Shown: piece after piece, positions 56,817-64,000 of the stretch
Numbering within the stretch: the first letter of the stretch is position 1
Layout of the letters: each line of letters begins with the position of its first letter
Assembly (NCBI GenBank): GCA_964651475.1
Contig: CAZYXV010000019.1
Location: 11,837-75,836 of the forward strand
Reading direction: 5' to 3'
Source of the DNA: an uncultured Anaerolineae bacterium
Lineage (GTDB): Bacteria; Chloroflexota; Anaerolineae; Fen-1058
DNA: 64,000 bases
Translations under genes and position numbers: made by a program
The notes under the pieces: generated by a model
The model's input: only the letters and a program-made list of their open reading frames with translations
The model's database searches: none
Told to the model about the DNA's origin: nothing

Positions 56817-57036
56817 GGGGACGTCTTGCCTTGTGAAGCGATTCCTGAGATAATACACCTTGCGTAATACTATAGAAATGATGCTCTTGGTTTTGGCTTG
56901 TCCGGGTTAGGAGCTTGTTGGAGAAGCGCTCCACGCGCCGTCCCTGCTTGCACCTTGGAGCGTAGTGAAGAGGCTGACGCGTGCGGACCGCTGAGAACGG
57001 CGGCCTGAGTGGGGTTCTCCGACAGCGGGCTAGGAT

Positions 57037-58227
57037 ATGACTAGACAAGTTTTTGTTTACTTTCTCATCATTCTGGTATTAATAACAAGCCTGGGCAGCG
57101 CGCCCGGCGCCCGCGCCCAGGCTGACCCGGTAACAGACATGTTTAACCGGATCAACACTGCGCGCGTGGCACAGGGACTTGTTCCTTACGCACCTAACCA
57201 GGCGCTGGTATCTGCCGCCGAACGGCACAGCAAAGACATGGCTGCCACTGGCAATGTAGATCACACCGGCTCGGATCAGTCTTCTTATCGCGAGCGCATC
57301 CTGACCGCCGGTTATGGACAGTGGACATTCGGGCCTATTGTGAACGAAATCATCTATGGCGGCACCGGCGGCGCGGACATTGCATTTGAATGGTGGATGG
57401 GTTCAGATACACAACGCGGGCAAATTCTCAGTTCTCGCTACCGTGAAGTTGGGATCGCGGCCGTCACCGGCACAAACGGGTGGACGTACTGGGTGCTGGC
57501 GTTCGGCGCGCAGCCCAACACTTTGCCGGCTTTTGTCAACGACGGCGCCAGCCAGGCGGACAAACTCGACGTATTGATTACACTCACGAATGAAAATGCA
57601 GTGCCGGCAGGCGACGGCATGTCTACGATGGGGCAAGCATTGCAAGTGCGGCTGGCGCACGACGACCAATTCACGGACGCCCAGTGGCAACCCTGGCAGC
57701 CGCGTATCCCGTTCCAGTTGCTGCCGGAGGGCGGCGAACAAAAGGTATACGTGCAATATCGCGACGCACAAGGGCGCACGGCGGTGACTTCGGACACTGT
57801 CACGTTGAGCCACGTGCCGCCGACATCTTCACCTTCACCCACCCCAAGCCCCACGGCGACGTCTCCGGCTACAGATACACCGACACCCTCCAGTACGCCC
57901 ACAGCTGGCCCAACCGCCACTCACACGCCCACGCCGCCCGAAATGTCGCCTACCCCACTGCTAACCGAGCCAACACCGAGGGGAACGGCTTCCACATCAC
58001 TCACATCCGCGCCATCCCCTTCACCGCAGCCCGCCACACGCTCGCCAGCGCGAACAAGCACGCCGCGTCCCCGTCCCAGCCCGCGCCCGGTTGCCACGCC
58101 GACAGCTTATTCTATCAGCCTGAATGGAGACTCCTTGCCATCCAGCTTTTTGATTATCTGGCTAGTTTTGCAGGGCACAGCGATTCTCCTGGGCATCGCA
58201 CTGCTGGCCCGCAAAGCCCACCCTTAA
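57037..58227 (+). CDS. CAP/SCP (PR-1-like) domain protein with Pro/Thr/Ser-rich linker and C-terminal TM anchor
   Basis: Signal peptide; CAP-domain-like region NRINTARVAQGLVPYAPNQALVSAAERHSKDMAATGNVDHTG...; PT-rich stretch; C-terminal hydrophobic helix. Confidence 0.55.
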   Translation: MTRQVFVYFLIILVLITSLGSAPGARAQADPVTDMFNRINTARVAQGLVPYAPNQALVSAAERHSKDMAATGNVDHTGSDQSSYRERILTAGYGQWTFGPIVNEIIYGGTGGADIAFEWWMGSDTQRGQILSSRYREVGIAAVTGTNGWTYWVLAFGAQPNTLPAFVNDGASQADKLDVLITLTNENAVPAGDGMSTMGQALQVRLAHDDQFTDAQWQPWQPRIPFQLLPEGGEQKVYVQYRDAQGRTAVTSDTVTLSHVPPTSSPSPTPSPTATSPATDTPTPSSTPTAGPTATHTPTPPEMSPTPLLTEPTPRGTASTSLTSAPSPSPQPATRSPARTSTPRPRPSPRPVATPTAYSISLNGDSLPSSFLIIWLVLQGTAILLGIALLARKAHP

Positions 58228-58240
58228 GGAAAAGAACCCG

Positions 58241-59257
58241 TTGATCGAACCACTCTACATTCTTTCAACCGCCCGCTTTAACCAAGAACTCTTGGCGCGC
58301 ATCCAGGCTGTTTCGGACCGCATCGTGCTGACGCAACATCCAACACGCAATCCGGTCGAGATTCCCGCAGACGAGTTTGCCCGGGCAGAGATTATATACA
58401 CACTCAGCGCCCTGCCGCAGCCCAATCAGGCGCCGCATCTGAGGTGGGTACAACTCCACAGCGCCGGGGCCGACCACGTCTTGAATCATCCCTTGCTCCA
58501 GGCCGGCGTGACGTTCACCACAACCAGCGGGCTGCACGCCACCAACATTACCGAGTACGTGATGGCCTCTATCCTGGCGTGGACGCGGCATTTGCACATC
58601 TTGTTCGACTACAAGCGCCGCCGCGAATGGCCCGGCGGCGCGGAACGCTGGACGCGCTTTGTGCCGCACGAGTTACGCGGGGCGATTATGGGCATTGTGG
58701 GCTATGGGAGCATCGGGCGCGAGGTAGGCCAGTTAGCCTGCACATTTGGCATGCAAGTGCTGGCGCTCAAACGCCACCCGCAGCGCCGCGACGACGCCGG
58801 CTATAGCTTTGTGGGCGATTCAGATGGCTGCTTGCCCAAGACAATGTACGGGCCAGACCAGCTTGCAGATATGCTGCCGTTGTGCGATTACGTCGTGCTG
58901 GCCGTGCCGCTCAACGCCGACACGCATCACATGATCGGCGAGCGCGAACTGCGCGCCATGAAGCCCAGCGCGTACCTGGTCAATATCGCGCGCGGCGCCG
59001 TGGTGGACGAAACGGCGCTGATACGCGCTTTGCAAGAAGGCTGGATCGCCGGGGCCGGCCTGGACGTGTTCGAGCAAGAACCGCTGCCCCCAGATAGCCC
59101 GCTGTGGACAATGGACAACGTGATTCTCACGCCGCACACCGCCGGCTTCAGCCCTCACTACGAAGAACGCGCCGTCGAGATTTTCACGGAAAATCTGCGG
59201 CGCTACCTGGAAGGCAGGCCGCTGTTGAACGTGGTGGACGCGGCGTTGGGTTATTGA
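58241..59257 (+). CDS. D-isomer-specific 2-hydroxyacid dehydrogenase family (NAD-binding)
   Basis: Rossmann motif GIVGYGSIGREVG; catalytic His region TPHTAG. Confidence 0.8.
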   Translation: MIEPLYILSTARFNQELLARIQAVSDRIVLTQHPTRNPVEIPADEFARAEIIYTLSALPQPNQAPHLRWVQLHSAGADHVLNHPLLQAGVTFTTTSGLHATNITEYVMASILAWTRHLHILFDYKRRREWPGGAERWTRFVPHELRGAIMGIVGYGSIGREVGQLACTFGMQVLALKRHPQRRDDAGYSFVGDSDGCLPKTMYGPDQLADMLPLCDYVVLAVPLNADTHHMIGERELRAMKPSAYLVNIARGAVVDETALIRALQEGWIAGAGLDVFEQEPLPPDSPLWTMDNVILTPHTAGFSPHYEERAVEIFTENLRRYLEGRPLLNVVDAALGY

Positions 59258-59275
59258 TGGATGCTCAACTTGTAA

Positions 59276-59359
59276 AAAGCGCACGGCGGCACGATCAAAG
59301 CCGAAAGCATTGAAAAATCAGGCACGCGTTTGGTGGTAACGCTGCCCGAAGCAAAATAA
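59276..59359 (+). pseudogene. Relic of a sensor histidine kinase C-terminus (HATPase_c tail), 27 codons with no start
   Basis: KAHGGTIKAESIEKSGTRLVVTLPEAK* is a textbook HK C-terminal G2-box/tail; preceded by an in-frame stop and no upstream ORF. Confidence 0.4.
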
Positions 59360-59389
59360 AAAAAAGCCGGGTCCCAAAGCCCGGCTTTT
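59357..59389. terminator. Bidirectional rho-independent terminator between convergent dehydrogenase and P-type ATPase genes
   Basis: AAAAAAAA-GCCGGG-tcccaaa-GCCCGGC-TTTT. Confidence 0.75.
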
Positions 59390-59405
59390 GATTCAAAGCA
59401 AGAGT

Positions 59406-62264
<2,859 letters not shown>

Positions 62265-62334
62265 GTGTTGAGCTTTCGCGCCAGCTAATTATACTCAAAT
62301 GTAACTGGCTTGACAATGTTAGCTTGCAGGGAGG

Positions 62335-63351
62335 TTACTCGGCGTTTCCCAGTACAGCGTGTCGCTGCGCCGCCAGGTTGACCAGATGACTGCCTAATTG
62401 CCCGTAGGAATAGCCCGCCATCTGAGCAGCAAAGCTCAGGCTACCGCCCTGGCTAAAGCCCGCGTTGGGGTTGACGTCCAACACGTAAAACACGCCATCT
62501 TGCAGCCGGATATCCAGGCGGGCGTAATCCCGGCAACCTATCGTCTGATAGGCCAGCCGGGACGTTTGTTCGAGCAAACGTTGCTCATCCTCGCTCAACT
62601 CTGCAGACACAAGATAGGTCTTTTCGTAGTGGATGGACCCGGGGACATATTTGAAATCGTACGCGCATATCTGGTCTCGCACATCGCTGAACTCGGAAAA
62701 ATCAATTTCCACCGGCGGCAGCACCTGCGGGGGGGCGTTGCCCAACAACGTGACGTGAAATTCCGGGCCGCTGATAAAGGTCTCTACCAATGCCGGTTGG
62801 TGAAACGTGGCGAGCACAAAAGTAACCCGGTCGTGCAATTCGTCGGGCGTCATGACCACCGCCTCGGGCGTTATGCCAAAGCTGCAATGTTCTTGCGCCG
62901 GCTTGACGATAGCAGGAAAATGCTCCCAGCCATCCAGCTCCGGCGACGCGTACACTTGCCATTCGGGAGTGGGGATATGGTGCCTGTCCAGCAACTCCTT
63001 GACCTGCTGCTTGTCCTGACTCAGTGCCAGAACCTGGGGCGATGAACCGGTATACGCAAAGTTCAAAGTTTCGAGTGTTTCTGCCACCAGCGCATCGCTA
63101 TGCGGCACACCGGGCACGCCTTCGCACCAGTTAAAAACAACCAGTTCTTGGGGATGATATTCGTCGAGCGCGGAAACCAGGTCGGCATCGTAGACCGGCA
63201 CGGGGGTAACGGGGTGCCCTTGCTCACGGAGGGCCGATTCAAGTTGGGAAACATCGTCAAGTGAGTCTTGAATTTCTTCGAGCGCCCAGGTGTGGTCCAG
63301 ATTGTAAAGCAGAAGCACGGGCAGATCAGTGCAAACGTCAAGCAATGTCAT
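62335..63351 (-). CDS. D-alanine--D-alanine ligase-family ATP-grasp enzyme
   Basis: C-terminal RDYARLDIRLQDGVFYVLDVNPNAGFS typical of the Ddl-type ATP-grasp C-domain. Confidence 0.7.
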   Translation of the reverse strand: MTLLDVCTDLPVLLLYNLDHTWALEEIQDSLDDVSQLESALREQGHPVTPVPVYDADLVSALDEYHPQELVVFNWCEGVPGVPHSDALVAETLETLNFAYTGSSPQVLALSQDKQQVKELLDRHHIPTPEWQVYASPELDGWEHFPAIVKPAQEHCSFGITPEAVVMTPDELHDRVTFVLATFHQPALVETFISGPEFHVTLLGNAPPQVLPPVEIDFSEFSDVRDQICAYDFKYVPGSIHYEKTYLVSAELSEDEQRLLEQTSRLAYQTIGCRDYARLDIRLQDGVFYVLDVNPNAGFSQGGSLSFAAQMAGYSYGQLGSHLVNLAAQRHAVLGNAE

Positions 63352-63487
63352 GAAGCATTCTCTCCTTTTTTGTGCAGTCCAGGCTGGCGTCTGGTTAAAG
63401 ACCTCCTGTCAAAACAAACTCGCGGCGCAATAAAAGCCTCATCCACAGGCGAACTGACAGATGAGGCCACGATGGCAAACAATGCAA

Positions 63488-64000
63488 TCAGGCTCCTAAA
63501 GTGGGATGGCGCGCCGCCGCCAGGTTGACCAAATGGCTGCCCATCATGCCATAAGAATAACCGAGGACCTGGGCCGCGCAGGCAATGCTGGCTTCGGAAC
63601 TGATATCGGCATTGGGGTTGACGTCCAGCACGTAAAACGCGCCATCGCGCAGCCGGATGTCCAGCCTGGCATAATCGCGGCATCCCAAAGTGCGGTACGC
63701 CGCCGTAGACACGGTTTCCAAAAGCTGGTATTCGTCTTGGGACAAGGGAGCAGGCAACAATAGTCCGATTTTGTTATAATGAACCGATTCTGGATTGAAC
63801 TTGGAATCGTACGTGCACAGGCGATCCCTCGCGCTGCTGAACATAGAAAAATCCATCTCGGCTGGCGGCAGCATTTGGATAGAGCCATTGCCCCACAAGG
63901 CCACGTGGAATTCTCGGCCATCAATGAAATCTTCGACTACCGCGGGCTGGTGGAACTCGTCCAAAACGTAAGCGACGCGAGAGCGCAGTTCTTCCGGGTC
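63488..64000 (-). CDS. Second Ddl-family ATP-grasp paralog, C-terminal part only (gene continues past the window end)
   Basis: RDYARLDIRLRDGAFYVLDVNPNADIS; reading frame open to position 64000 (DPEELRSRVAYVLDEFHQPAVVEDF...) and collinear with the adjacent paralog. Confidence 0.65.
   Translation of the reverse strand, partial: DPEELRSRVAYVLDEFHQPAVVEDFIDGREFHVALWGNGSIQMLPPAEMDFSMFSSARDRLCTYDSKFNPESVHYNKIGLLLPAPLSQDEYQLLETVSTAAYRTLGCRDYARLDIRLRDGAFYVLDVNPNADISSEASIACAAQVLGYSYGMMGSHLVNLAAARHPTLGA

Overview
The window is high-GC (about 65%) bacterial chromosome, Chloroflexota-like in composition and domain content (several DUF11/CARDB-like Ig domains), and is almost fully coding. Main blocks: (a) 1-10.4 kb, five co-oriented minus-strand secreted enzymes (MAM-like partial protein, GH5-like glycosidase, alpha/beta-hydrolase, S8 subtilisin, M6/InhA-like metalloprotease); the four complete ones share a C-terminal YLP-hhh-[KR]N tail. 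(b) 11.8-16.6 kb, an alpha-2-macroglobulin-like gene with an in-frame TGA exactly at the thioester Cys codon and a SECIS-like hairpin 3' of it, followed by a C39-like/TPR protein, with a convergent M23 peptidase. (c) 17.8-25.6 kb, an operon of a 1959-aa zinc-ribbon polytopic membrane protein, a PrsW-like protease and a small membrane protein, flanked by two copies of a 31-bp palindrome. (d) PBP2-like transpeptidase. (e) 29.6-41.5 kb, a lower-GC island (about 45-55% GC) with four consecutive P-loop/STAND NTPases (one fused to an OmpR-type wHTH, one NB-ARC+TPR), a GNAT, a radical-SAM/SPASM enzyme with an odd Cys-repeat N-extension, a NYN nuclease-fold protein and several short hydrophobic peptide ORFs; this is the best candidate for an undescribed signalling/defence or peptide-modification system. 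(f) Housekeeping: URO-D-like, PBP1A, coiled-coil tandem-repeat protein, HtpG, M24 peptidase, MurJ, GT39-like glycosyltransferase, CAP-domain protein, 2-hydroxyacid dehydrogenase, P-type ATPase, tandem Ddl-like ATP-grasp genes. No rRNA, tRNA or CRISPR array was recognised. Many long antisense ORFs in the track are GC-bias artefacts.
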